Below, in pieces: positions 37,716 through 47,484 of a DNA stretch of 64,000 nucleotides (positions are counted from its first letter, which is position 1; each line of letters opens with the position of its first letter). The translations under genes and the position numbers were made by a program. Source of the stretch: Planctomycetota bacterium (GTDB taxonomy: Bacteria > Planctomycetota > UBA1135 > JADKAF01); assembly GCA_016719295.1 (NCBI GenBank), contig JADKAF010000001.1, positions 4,704,267 through 4,768,266 on the forward strand. The letters run 5' to 3'. The notes under the pieces were generated by a model, which was not told the DNA's origin, made no database searches, and was given only the letters and a program-made list of their open reading frames with translations.

Positions 37716-40019
37716 TCAGCGCCGCGGCTCGTTCACGTCGAGCGCCAGCCGCGCGCCGATCGTCGCCGTCGCATTGCCCTGGAGGGTGTACTGCCGACTC
37801 GTCGCGCGACAGCGCTGCGGCGGGTAGTACCAACTGCCGCCGCGATGCACTTTCGCGCGGCTCTCCGGCGGAGCGCTCCCATCGCTCGGATACTCCATCG
37901 CGAACGAGTCCGCCGTCCACTCGGAGACGTTGCCGAGGAGATCGTGGAGGCCGAAGGCGTTGGGGCGATGGGCGCCGACGGGCGCGTGCACGGGGTAGCG
38001 ATCGTTCCAGGGCGCGGTGCCTTCGAGCGGAGCGTTGCGGAACGATCGGTCGGCGACGTTCTCGGCGCCTTCGAGCGAGCTCGCCTGATCGCTGCCCGCG
38101 TAGTAGCGATCTCCGCCGCAGCGCGCGGCGTACTCCCACTCGAGCTCCGCCGGCAGGCGCAGGCCCATCCTCCGGGCCCATTCCTGCGCGTTCTCCCAGG
38201 TGATCATCTCGACGGGATGGGTCGGGGCGATCGGATCCCCGGTGCCGGGATCCTTCGCGATCGACCACTGCGACGGGTTCTCGTGCCAGCCGCGGAGCCA
38301 TTGACCCTGCGTCAGCTCGTAGCGCGAGAGGAGGAAGGCGGGGACGTCGCGCGCCGGTCGCGCGACCTCGCCGGCGGAGAGGCTGCCTTCGGGTGGCTCG
38401 CTCGCGCGCGGTCCCATCGCGAAGCGCCCGGGCGGGAGCAGCACGAGCACGATGCCGCTCTCCGCTTCGAGCGCCCAGCCCCCCTCGCTCCGCGGCACGG
38501 GTCGCTCGCCGCTGGCGACGTGCCAGAACTCCTGGAGGCCGGCCTCGTTCCGTCCGAGGGGGACGAGCCCCTCGAGCGGCGGGAGGGCGACGCCCGCGAA
38601 GCGCGGATCCGCGGCGAGCTCGACGCGCAGGCGCTCCCACGCGGGTGCATGCTCCTCGCGCAGGCGGCGGAACTCGACCCGGACGCGCTCCTCGACCCGC
38701 TGGACCTCCGGCAGGAGCGCCTCCAATCGATCGAGCAGGAGCTGCACCTTCTCGAGCTGGCCGGTGCTCTGCAGCGCCTCCGCGGGATCGCCCTTCCCCT
38801 CGCGCGCGGCGCGGTAGAGCGGTGCGCGCGAGAGCAGATCCGCCGTGCGCTCCTTCCACGCCTGCAGCGCGGGGAGCTCGCGCGAGGTCGCGGCGAAGGG
38901 CTGCCGCTCGACGTCGAGGAGCGCGTCGCTCTCGAACACGTCGGCGAGCAGCTGGCTCCGCGCCTGCTCCGCGCGCGCGCGGTCGAGCGCGAGCGCCATC
39001 TGCTCGAAGGCCGACTCGCGCGCGAGGATCTGCGAGACGAGCAGCGCCACGAGCACCACCACCGTGGCGCCGGAGAGCAGCGAGACCGCGGCGAGCGCGG
39101 GGTTGCGCCGAGCGAAGCGCTGCGCGCGGCCGAGCCACCCGATGGGGCGCGCATGGATCGGCTGCAGGGTCCGCAAACGCTCCAGGTCCTCGGCGAGGTG
39201 CAGCGCGCTGCGGTAGCGCCGATCGGGGTCCTTCTCGAGGCACTTCAACGCGATCGTCTCGAGATCGCGGCTGATCTCGGGTCGCCGCTGGCGGGGCGGA
39301 ACCGGGTCCTTGAAGAGGATCCTCTGGAAGATCTCGGCGCTCGTCTGACCTTCGAAGGGGCGCGCGCCGGTCAGCGCTTCGTAGAGCAGGACGCCTAGAG
39401 AGAAGATGTCGGTGCGACCGTCGATCCGGGTGCGCTGCCCGCTCACGATCTCGGGCGCCATGTAGGGGATGGTTCCGAGCACGCGGCCGCTCTCCGTCAG
39501 CGAGTGGCGGCCCTCGACGTAGGCGAGGCCGAAATCGACGAGGTGCGGCTCACCGCGCGCATCGATGAGGATGTTCGACGGCTTGATGTCGCGGTGCACG
39601 ATCTTCTGCTGGTGCGCGTGGTGCAGCGCGCGTGCGCAGGTCTCCACCAAGGTGACGATCCACGGCACGCGGCCGCGCTCCGCGGCGGGACCGGGCGGGG
39701 GCTGCGCACCTTGCCCCTCGACCAGGAGCTCCGAGAGCGGCCGCCCTTCGATGTGGCGCATCGCGAAGTAGAGCAGGCCTTCGCACTCCCCGTGCTCCCA
39801 CACGGGCACGATCGCCGGATGATCCAGCGCCGAGGCCGCGCGCACCTCGCGGTAGAAGCGGTCGCGCGCTTCGTCGCTCTTCGCGAGCTCCGGCGCGAGG
39901 ATCTTCAGCGCCACGGTGCGTTTCGACTCGACATGGCGCGCCATGACGACGACGCCCATGCCGCCGCTGCCGATCTCGCGCACGATACGGAACGGGCCGA
40001 TGCGTTCGGGCAATTGCAT
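37716..40019 (-). CDS. Ser/Thr protein kinase fused to FGE-sulfatase (SUMF1-like) domain
   Basis: N-terminal Hanks kinase (GSGGMGVV, ALK, HRDIKPSNILI, DFGLA). Central TM and coiled-coil region. C-terminal FGE-like domain (RYELTQGQW, HPVEMITWENAQEWARRMGLRLPAELEWEYAARCGG, GLHDLLGNVSEWTAD, HRGGSW). Confidence 0.9.
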   Translation of the reverse strand: MQLPERIGPFRIVREIGSGGMGVVVMARHVESKRTVALKILAPELAKSDEARDRFYREVRAASALDHPAIVPVWEHGECEGLLYFAMRHIEGRPLSELLVEGQGAQPPPGPAAERGRVPWIVTLVETCARALHHAHQQKIVHRDIKPSNILIDARGEPHLVDFGLAYVEGRHSLTESGRVLGTIPYMAPEIVSGQRTRIDGRTDIFSLGVLLYEALTGARPFEGQTSAEIFQRILFKDPVPPRQRRPEISRDLETIALKCLEKDPDRRYRSALHLAEDLERLRTLQPIHARPIGWLGRAQRFARRNPALAAVSLLSGATVVVLVALLVSQILARESAFEQMALALDRARAEQARSQLLADVFESDALLDVERQPFAATSRELPALQAWKERTADLLSRAPLYRAAREGKGDPAEALQSTGQLEKVQLLLDRLEALLPEVQRVEERVRVEFRRLREEHAPAWERLRVELAADPRFAGVALPPLEGLVPLGRNEAGLQEFWHVASGERPVPRSEGGWALEAESGIVLVLLPPGRFAMGPRASEPPEGSLSAGEVARPARDVPAFLLSRYELTQGQWLRGWHENPSQWSIAKDPGTGDPIAPTHPVEMITWENAQEWARRMGLRLPAELEWEYAARCGGDRYYAGSDQASSLEGAENVADRSFRNAPLEGTAPWNDRYPVHAPVGAHRPNAFGLHDLLGNVSEWTADSFAMEYPSDGSAPPESRAKVHRGGSWYYPPQRCRATSRQYTLQGNATATIGARLALDVNEPRR

Positions 40020-40230
40020 AGGACGCGACAGGGCTCGAGAGGCGGTTTCCTCGACTCGTCGCGATCGAGAGGCACAGCCCTCGGGCGTGCGCGCTCCGCG
40101 AGTCGCGCCGTGGTGCCGAAGATCGCGCGGTCGGGGAACGCGGGACGATCCGCACCCGTGCGACTCTACTCGCGTTCCCGCGCGACGCGAGGGTCTGAGC
40201 GAGCTCTCTCCGAGGAACTCCGCGCGGCGC

Positions 40231-40482
40231 TCAGCGGCTCGTGAACGCCGACATCGCGGAGCTAGGATCCGCCTCGACCGCGGCCATCGAGGACGGCGTC
40301 CCCGCTTCGGAGTACGCGCGCGCCAATAGGCCCAGCATGCCCGCCGCGAACACCGCCGCGAGGAGCAGCCAGGTGATCGCGCGGACGCGCGGCTGAGGGG
40401 CGAGCTCGCGCGGATCGAAGCGGAGGCCGTGGGCGGATTCGCCTGGGCCGAGCTGGAAGAGGCCGGAGATGCGCTGGTTCAT
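40231..40482 (-). CDS. possible small membrane protein (83 aa)
   Basis: ATG 40482. One clear TM (ITWLLLAAVFAAGMLGLLA). It is the only plausible part of the long antisense track ORF 40231..42402. Weak call. Confidence 0.3.
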   Translation of the reverse strand: MNQRISGLFQLGPGESAHGLRFDPRELAPQPRVRAITWLLLAAVFAAGMLGLLARAYSEAGTPSSMAAVEADPSSAMSAFTSR

Positions 40483-40680
40483 CGCGAGCAGGGCAGGGAG
40501 AAGAGCACCGGGGGCAGGAACGCTCTCAACGCCCCATCTCCCGATAAGCGCCGCCAGAACTCCGAGTTTCGTGCCGCGGCGCTTCGGCGCACCCTCTTCC
40601 GCGGGTGGACCCGTGCGTGCTCGCGGAGGAGCGGCATCGCCCGCTACGCTGGACGCAACAGCCCCCTCGAAGGGAAGACC

Positions 40681-42534
40681 ATGCTCCGTCCCCTGACCTG
40701 CCTCCTCGCAACTCTCCTCGCCGCGGCGTTGCCATCGCGCGCTCCGGCGCAGGAAGCGGCGTCGGCGCCCTACACCGCCGACTGGGAATCGCTGAACCGC
40801 CATCACGCCGCGCCGTGGTTCGAGGAAGCGAAGTTCGGCATCTTCATCCACTGGGGCGTGTACTCGGTGCCCGCGTTCTGCGACACGAGCACGTACAGCG
40901 AGTGGTATTGGCACTGGCTCGACACGAACTCGCACGGCGGCAAGGTGCGCCAGTTCCACGAGCGGGTCTACGGCAAGGCGTTCCCCTATCAGCGCTTCGC
41001 CGAGCAGTTCCGCGCCGAGCTCTTCGATCCGCAGCAGTGGGCCGAGATCTTCCGCCGCTCGGGCGCGCGCTACGTCGTGCTCACCTCGAAGCACCACGAT
41101 GGCTTCGCGCTCTGGCCGAGCAAGCACGCGAGCGACGCGCGCGCGCACGCGTGGAATGCGCAAGAGACCGGGCCGAAGCGCGATCTGGTGGGCGAGCTCG
41201 GTACGGCCGTGCGCGCGGCGGGCTTGAAGTACGGGCTCTACTACTCGTTCCTCGAGTGGCGGAACCCGATCTATCAGGAGTCGATCCCGCGCTACGTCGA
41301 GCGCGTGATGTTCCCGCAGGTGAAGGAGCTGATCACGCGCTATCAGCCGGACATCTTCTGGCCCGACGGCGAATGGGAGCACCCCGAGACGACGTGGCGC
41401 GCGAAGGAGCTGCTGGCGTGGATCTTCAACGCGCAGCCCGGCGTCACGGTGAACGACCGCTGGGGCAAGGACCTGCGCGCGCGGAGCGGCGACTACTACA
41501 CCACCGAGTACGGCAGCGGCGGTGCCGGCGCTGAGAGCTTGCGCCGACCCTTCGAGGAATGCCGCGGCATCGGACACAGCTTCGCGTTCAATCGCGCCGA
41601 GGGCTACGAGCTCTACATGGAACGCGACGCGTGCGTGCGCGAGCTGGTCTCGATCGTCGCGCGCGGAGGAACGCTGCTGCTCGACATCGGCCCGGCCGCC
41701 GACGGCACGATCCCGCTGATCATGGTCGATCGCCTGCTCGCGATCGGCCGCTGGCTCGACGTGAATGGAGAAGCGATCTACGGCACGACGCGCTCGCCGT
41801 TCCGCCGCGCGCCGTGGGGCGCTGCGACGCGGAAGGAGAACACCCTCTACCTGCATCTCTACGCTTGGCCGAAGGACCGCCAGCTCGCGCTGCCGAGCCT
41901 GAAGACCCCCATCGCGAAGGCCGCGTTCCTCCACGATCCCGAGCGCACCGCGCTCCCGGTGAAGTACGTGAAGGGCGCGCAGACGATCGATCTCAGCGAC
42001 GCGCTCCCGGGCGAGCACGTGCACGTCCTGCGCCTCGATCTCGCGAGCCAGCTCAGCGTCGACGAAGCCTTCCGCCCGCGCGCCGACGGGACGCTCGTGC
42101 TCGAAGCGCAGCACGGCGAGACCTTCGGCAAGAACTTGCGCCTCGAGGCGAGCAGCGACGCCGGCACCGAGCTCGCGCTGGCCGACGGCCCGCTCGCCCT
42201 CGCGCCGAAGAACCTGGGCACCTGGAACCAGCCCGAGAGCGGCATCGCGTGGAGCCCCGTGCGCTTGGATCCGGGTCGCAGCTATCGCGTGGAGCTCGTC
42301 TACGCCCTGAAGCACGGCACCGAAGGCGCGCAGCTCGAGCTCGCGCTCGGCGATCGCACGCATGAGCTCACGCTCTCCGCATCCACTGGCGAGGCGTGGC
42401 ATACCTACGCGACGCTCGAGCTCGGCACGCTCGCGGCGGGCGACCTGGCCGACGCGGTACGCCTGACCGCGAAGCGCATCCCGGGTGAGGGTGCCGTCAA
42501 CCTTCGCGCCCTCATCCTCCGCCCCGCTCGCTGA
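40681..42534 (+). CDS. alpha-L-fucosidase (GH29)
   Basis: Trimmed to ATG 40681, which gives a signal peptide. GH29 motifs WFEEAKFGIFIHWGVYSVPA, YVVLTSKHHDGFALWPS, YYSFLEW. Confidence 0.9.
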   Translation: MLRPLTCLLATLLAAALPSRAPAQEAASAPYTADWESLNRHHAAPWFEEAKFGIFIHWGVYSVPAFCDTSTYSEWYWHWLDTNSHGGKVRQFHERVYGKAFPYQRFAEQFRAELFDPQQWAEIFRRSGARYVVLTSKHHDGFALWPSKHASDARAHAWNAQETGPKRDLVGELGTAVRAAGLKYGLYYSFLEWRNPIYQESIPRYVERVMFPQVKELITRYQPDIFWPDGEWEHPETTWRAKELLAWIFNAQPGVTVNDRWGKDLRARSGDYYTTEYGSGGAGAESLRRPFEECRGIGHSFAFNRAEGYELYMERDACVRELVSIVARGGTLLLDIGPAADGTIPLIMVDRLLAIGRWLDVNGEAIYGTTRSPFRRAPWGAATRKENTLYLHLYAWPKDRQLALPSLKTPIAKAAFLHDPERTALPVKYVKGAQTIDLSDALPGEHVHVLRLDLASQLSVDEAFRPRADGTLVLEAQHGETFGKNLRLEASSDAGTELALADGPLALAPKNLGTWNQPESGIAWSPVRLDPGRSYRVELVYALKHGTEGAQLELALGDRTHELTLSASTGEAWHTYATLELGTLAAGDLADAVRLTAKRIPGEGAVNLRALILRPAR

Positions 42535-42542
42535 CCCCTCAC

Positions 42543-42566
42543 TGCACAGTAAAGGCGCCAGGCACC
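42543..42566 (+). repeat. single-arm copy of the 24-nt motif tgcacagtaaaggcgccaggcacc
   Basis: Matches 22 of 24 positions of the minus-strand reading of the palindrome at 43164..43198. It sits between the fucosidase stop (42534) and the alkB start (42575). Confidence 0.55.
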
Positions 42567-42574
42567 TCTACTCA

Positions 42575-43174
42575 ATGGAGATGCTGTTCGAGGACGCGAC
42601 ACTTGGCGCGTCGCTGAGCTACCACGCAGCCTTCCTGGAGCGCGGCGAGGCCGATGCGCTGCTCGCCTGGATGCTGGAGCGCGCACCGTGGCAGCGCGAA
42701 GCGCCGGTGCTGTTCGGCGTCGTGCGCGAGGTGCGGCGGAGGACGTGCGCGTTCGGCGAGGCGGGGCGGAGCTATCGCTACTCGGGGATCGAGCGGCGGG
42801 CGGAGCCGTGGCCCGAGCTCTTGCGACCAGTCGTCGAGCGCGTGCGCGCGCTCTGCGCGACGCGCTTCGACTTCGCGCTCGCGAACCTCTATCCCGATGG
42901 GGAGGCGGCGCTTGGGAAGCACGCCGACGACGAGCGCGACATCGTCGCGGAGAGCGCGATCGCGGGGCTATCGCTCGGCGCGGAGCGCGACTTCGTGCTG
43001 TATCGCAAGGGACCGCGCGGCGAACGGGTGGCGTCGGTGGCGCTCGCGCACGGATCGCTCGTCGTGATGTGGGGCACCACGCAGCAGCACTTCGTGCACG
43101 CCGTGCCGGCGCGGAAGCGCGTGCGCTCACCCCGCGTCAGCCTGACCTTCCGCGCGATGTCATTGCACAGTTAG
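42575..43174 (+). CDS. alkB: Fe(II)/2-oxoglutarate-dependent dioxygenase, AlkB-like
   Basis: Trimmed to ATG 42575. HxD...H ligands (LGKHADDE .. FVHAVP), RVSLTFR motif, ANLYPDG. Confidence 0.85.
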   Translation: MEMLFEDATLGASLSYHAAFLERGEADALLAWMLERAPWQREAPVLFGVVREVRRRTCAFGEAGRSYRYSGIERRAEPWPELLRPVVERVRALCATRFDFALANLYPDGEAALGKHADDERDIVAESAIAGLSLGAERDFVLYRKGPRGERVASVALAHGSLVVMWGTTQQHFVHAVPARKRVRSPRVSLTFRAMSLHS

Positions 43175-43198
43175 GGTGCCTGGCACCTTAACTGTGCA
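43164..43198. repeat. 35-nt palindrome (two inverted copies of the 42543 motif) that could act as a bidirectional terminator
   Basis: tgcacagttagggtgcc t ggcaccttaactgtgca forms a 17-bp stem with one mismatch. It contains the stop codons of both convergent genes: alkB TAG at 43172..43174, and the ATPase TAA on the complement of 43188..43190. Confidence 0.65.
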
Positions 43199-44519
43199 GC
43201 GGGCGGAGGAGCCAGCGCCAGAGTGCTTGCACCGCGAGGCCTTTCGGCGCTTGCCAGCCCCGCGGGATCGGACCGCTCACCAAGAGGAGTCGCTCCGCGT
43301 CGGGGTGCTCCTCGCTCGCCTCGGCAAGTGCTGTGAGCTCGCGCTCGCGCGTGTCGGCGGAGCCCAGATCATCGACGACTTGCACGAGCGTCTGCTCGCC
43401 CTCGCGCGTCGTCGCGAGGAAGTCGACTTCGCGGCTCGAGCTGGTCTTCACGTAGGCGAGTGCGTGTCCGCGGCGAAGGAGCTCACAGGCGACGAGGTTC
43501 TCGACGTGGAAGCCGCGATCGGTGTGCGCGCGCACCTGGTGCGCCGCGGCGAGACCGTGGTCCGCGAGGTAGAGCTTCCGCGGGTTGACTTGGCGACGTC
43601 GCTCCGAGTCCGTCGCCACGGGCAAAGTGAAGCAGAGGAAGGCGTCTTCCAGGTGATCGAGGAAGGCGAGCAGGGTCTCCTTCGCGACGCCGATCCCGCG
43701 CGAGCGGAAGTCCGCGTGCATCTTGCTCACGCTGAAGCTGCGGGCCGGCTGACGCACGAGCTGGCGCACGAAGGCGCGCAGCGCGACCAGGTTCGCGATG
43801 CCGTGGCGCTCGGCGACGTCGCGGAAGAGCACGCTCTCGACATAGCCCTGCAAGAGTTCGGCGCGTTGCGGCGCGAGATCCGCGCGCGAAGCTTCGGGGA
43901 ACCCGCCGATCTCGAGGTAGCTCTCGAAGCAGGCTTCCCAGGCTGACACCTCGCGCGCGCTGAGCACGTAGGGATCGGCAGGGATCTTCCGTCCGTGCGC
44001 GCGCCCGAACTCGCGCAAGCTGAACGGCGTGATCATGGTCTCCAACGCGCGGCCGCGCAGCGTGGTCGCGATCTCGCGGCTCAGCATCTTCGCCGAAGAG
44101 CCGCTGACGAAGATCTCGACCTTCTCGCTGTCGAGCATGCGGCGGATGAACTTCTCCCATCCGGGGATGAGCTGGATCTCGTCGAAGCACCAGGTCACGC
44201 GCTGGCTGCGCCGGTGCTGTGGGTAAGCGCGGTAATACTCATCGAGGAGGACGCCGAGGTCCGCGGCCTGCAGCCCCTCGAGCCGCTCATCCTCGAAGTT
44301 GAAGTAGAGCAGTCGCTCGCGCTCGATGCCTGCGGCCAAGCGATCCGCCAGGCATTGGAAGAGGAAGGTCGTCTTCCCGGCGCGGCGCATGCCGATCACG
44401 GCGCGGACCTTGCCAGGAACTTCGTCCGTGTCGATGTCTCGCGGCGTGTGAGGTGGGAGCTCGAAGCTGACGGCGTCCCCGAGCTTCTCGCGGATGGCGG
44501 AGAGGATTCGGTCGTTCAT
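43188..44519 (-). CDS. AAA-type ATPase with DUF4143-like C-terminal domain
   Basis: Walker A GMRRAGKTT, a typical AAA_14-like N-domain, and a C-terminal domain as in DUF4143 proteins (..HVENLVACELLRRG..). Confidence 0.85.
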   Translation of the reverse strand: MNDRILSAIREKLGDAVSFELPPHTPRDIDTDEVPGKVRAVIGMRRAGKTTFLFQCLADRLAAGIERERLLYFNFEDERLEGLQAADLGVLLDEYYRAYPQHRRSQRVTWCFDEIQLIPGWEKFIRRMLDSEKVEIFVSGSSAKMLSREIATTLRGRALETMITPFSLREFGRAHGRKIPADPYVLSAREVSAWEACFESYLEIGGFPEASRADLAPQRAELLQGYVESVLFRDVAERHGIANLVALRAFVRQLVRQPARSFSVSKMHADFRSRGIGVAKETLLAFLDHLEDAFLCFTLPVATDSERRRQVNPRKLYLADHGLAAAHQVRAHTDRGFHVENLVACELLRRGHALAYVKTSSSREVDFLATTREGEQTLVQVVDDLGSADTRERELTALAEASEEHPDAERLLLVSGPIPRGWQAPKGLAVQALWRWLLRPLHS

Positions 44520-44593
44520 GGCGACCGAATTGGATCAAAAGCGGTCGTCCGGGGCGACCGCATTTCCGCGTCGCGTCCTTCGCTCCAGGACGG

Positions 44594-47484
44594 CTAGGAC
44601 CGCCCCGGCTGCCTCCGCTGCAGCAACGCACGGCGCCGATCGAGCCCTTCCTGCCGCGCCTGCACGCGCTCGGCCGAGACGGTCGTCGCGCTCGAGGCCG
44701 GATCGCCGGAGTTCCGCAGGAAGTCGGCGAGCGAGCGCACCGTGGGGAAGCGGAAGAGGTCGGTGATCGAGGCGTGCACGGAGAGCTGGCGCTTGAGACG
44801 CCCCTGCACCTGCACGGTGAGGAGCGAGTGGCCGCCGAGATCGAAGAAGTTGTCGTCGCGGCCGACGCTGGGCAGCGTGAGCACCTCGGCCCAGATGGCG
44901 GCGATGGCGCGCTCGAGGTCGTCCTCGAGCTTCGTGTTCGACGGGGCCTTGGGTGCGGCGAGCTGCTCGGGATCGGGCAGCGCCTTGCGGTCGATCTTCT
45001 GGTTCGGCGTGTGCGGGAGCTCGGGGAGCGCCATCACCCGCGCGGGGATCATGAACTCGGGCAGCGACTCGCGGAGCTCCAAGCGCAGCGCGTCGGGAGC
45101 GAGCACGGCGCCGGGCTTCGGCGAGACGTAGGCGAGGAGGCGCGGCTCGCTGCTTGCGTCCTTGCGGACGACGACGGCGGCTTCGTGCACGCCGGCGCGC
45201 GCGCGCAGGGCGGCTTCGATCTCGCCGAGCTCGATGCGGTAGCCGCGCAGCTTCACCTGCTGGTCGACGCGGCCCAGGAACTCGAAGAGGCCGTCATCGC
45301 GGCGGCGCGCGATGTCGCCGGTGCGGTAGAGGCGCGGGGCACCGAGCTCGGCGGCGAGCGGGTGGTGCACGAAGCGCTCGGCGCTGAGCTCGGCGCGGTG
45401 GAGATATCCGCGCGCGACGCCGGTGCCGCCGATCCAGAGCTCACCGGAGAGCCCGCTCGGCACGGGTTGGCCGTACGCGTCCAGGACGAGGAAGAAGGTG
45501 TTCGCGATCGGTTCCCCGATCGGGATCTGCTCTTCGTCGCCGCGGAGCTCGTAGGTCGAGGACCAGATGGCCGTCTCCGTGGGGCCGTACATATTGATGA
45601 TGCGGCCGCGCATGTGCGCGCGGAGCTCGCGCGCGAGGGCCGGCGGGAACGCTTCGCCGCCGATCATCAGAAGCTCGAGCTTCGCGAGCGCTTCGGCGGA
45701 ACCGGACTGCGCGAGGATCATCGCGGCCATCGACGGCGTGCACTGGAGGTGCGTGATGCCGTGCGCGGCGATGAGCTCGGGGATGCTCTGACCCTGGGCG
45801 GCTTCCGCGCGCTGCGTCACGTGCTCGCGCAGGCGGTTCAAGTGGTCGATGTGCTCGAGGGCCAGCTCGGAGTCGACGCCGAAGTCGATCAAGCACGCGA
45901 TCTCGTCGATGCCTACGGACTCGAGGCGCTCGACCATGCGCTCGCAGGTCTCGAGCGTCCCGAAGAGGCCGCTGGTCTCGAAGTAGCGCTCGAAGGCGTT
46001 CTCGAGGATCGCCTCCAGGTCCTCCGCGGAGAGCTTCTCGAAGTCCCGACTCATCTCTTCCGCTTCGCCCGCGGAGTTCGTCTTGAAGGTGGGGAAGCTC
46101 GCGACGAAGGACTTCACGAGGCCGACGGAGCTACGCAGGTACTCGATCATCGGCCGCCGCACGAGCTCGCGCACGGAGTGATCGCAGTCGCCGACGAAGG
46201 CGTGCAGCATGATCGTGACGCGGCCTTCGCGCGGGCCATGGCCCGCTGCGCTCCACGCGCGGCGATAGGCCTCGACTTTCTCGCGCAGCTCCTCCACGGT
46301 CTGGCCGAGGAGGTGCGTCAGCACGTTCGCGCCGATCTTTCCGGCGGCGATCCAGGTGTCGACGTTGCCGGCGGTGGTGAGCCAGACCGGCAGCTCCTTT
46401 TGCACGGGGCGCGGAAGCGTGCGCACCGCGATCTTGCGACCGTCGGCGAGCGGGCGCTCGATCGACTCGCCGCGCCAGAGCGCGCGCACGGTCTCGATGC
46501 CGTCCATCAGGACTTGCTTGCGATCCGCGTAGTTCTGCGGCGCGAGCACGAAGTCATTGGGCTGCCAGCCCGAGGCGAACGCGATGCCGACGCGCCCTTG
46601 CGAGAGGTTGTCGACGAGCGACCATTCCTCGGCGACGCGCAGAGGGTCGTTGATGGGGAGAACGACGCTGCCGGCGCGGATCTGGATGCGCTTCGTGATC
46701 GAGGCGAGGGCCGCGCTCGCGACCGCGGGGTTGGGATAGAGGCCGCCGAAGGCGTGGAAGTGGCGCTCGGGCGACCAGACGGCTTCGAAGCCGAAGGCGT
46801 CGGCGCGGCGGGCACCTTCCATCAGCAGGCGGTACTTGTCGTGCGCCTTCTCGGCCTCGTCGCTGGCGAAGTAGAAGAGGCTGAAGTCGAGCTTCCTCCG
46901 CAACCCGCCCTTGCCGGAGGCGCGGCGATCATCGCCGGTGTAGAGCACGAGCTTCAGGCCGCGCGTCAGCGTCCAACAGATCTCGAGCACCGAGATGTCG
47001 AACGAGAGGCTCGTCACCGCCAGCCAGGCACCGCCCTCGCGCCGGCCGAGGCGCTGGTCCATGCCGGTGAAGAAGTTGAGCACGTTGCCGTGCTCGACCA
47101 TGACGCCCTTCGGCTTCCCGGTGGAGCCGGAGGTGTAGATGACGTAGGCCAAGTCCTTCGATGCGAGATGGCGCATCGGGGCGCTCGCGGGCTGCACCGC
47201 GATGCGCGAGGCGTCCTCGTCGAGGCGCACGACGGCGCCGCGGAACGCGGGGAAGAGCGAGCTCGTGTCTCCGAGCGTGACGAGCACGGGGACCTGCGCA
47301 TCCTCGACTTGGTACGAGAGGCGCTCGGACGGATACTCGGGGTCGAGCGGCAGATAGGCGCCGCCCGCCTTTTGGATCGCGAGCAGCGCTACGACCATCG
47401 GGACGCCGCGCGGCACGCAGATGCCGACGATCGTGCCTGTGGTGACACCGAGCACGCGGAGATGCCACGCGAGCTGATTCGCGC
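44594..47484 (-). CDS. NRPS fragment 2: adenylation domain with inserted luciferase-like monooxygenase, then PCP (frameshifted continuation of 47485..48989)
   Basis: Track ORF 44594..47590, meaningful from ~47484. A-domain cores LAYVIYTSGSTGKPKG, SLSFDIS, NMYGPTE, GELWIGGTGVARGY, YRTGD, KLRGYRIELGEIE, PNQKIDRKAL. An LLM-type domain (~45823..46891; FSLFYFASDE.., SPERHF, ..GIDEIACLIDFG) lies between the FDxS core and the pre-A5 region. PCP motif FFDLGGHSLL. No TE or R domain. Confidence 0.85.

Noticed and set aside
40483-42402. Upstream 640 aa of the 723-aa minus-strand ORF 40231..42402
   Set aside because: It is antisense to the GH29 fucosidase and shows no motifs. Only the last 83 codons (40231..40482), outside the fucosidase gene, were kept, as a weak small-protein candidate.
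43177-43198. Sigma-54-like element TGGCAC-N-TGTGCA inside the alkB/ATPase palindrome (also TGGCGC on the complement of copy 1)
   Set aside because: GG-to-GC spacing is 12 nt instead of the required 10 nt (TGGCAC-N5-TTGC). No gene lies downstream in the right orientation. This is better explained as part of the repeat.
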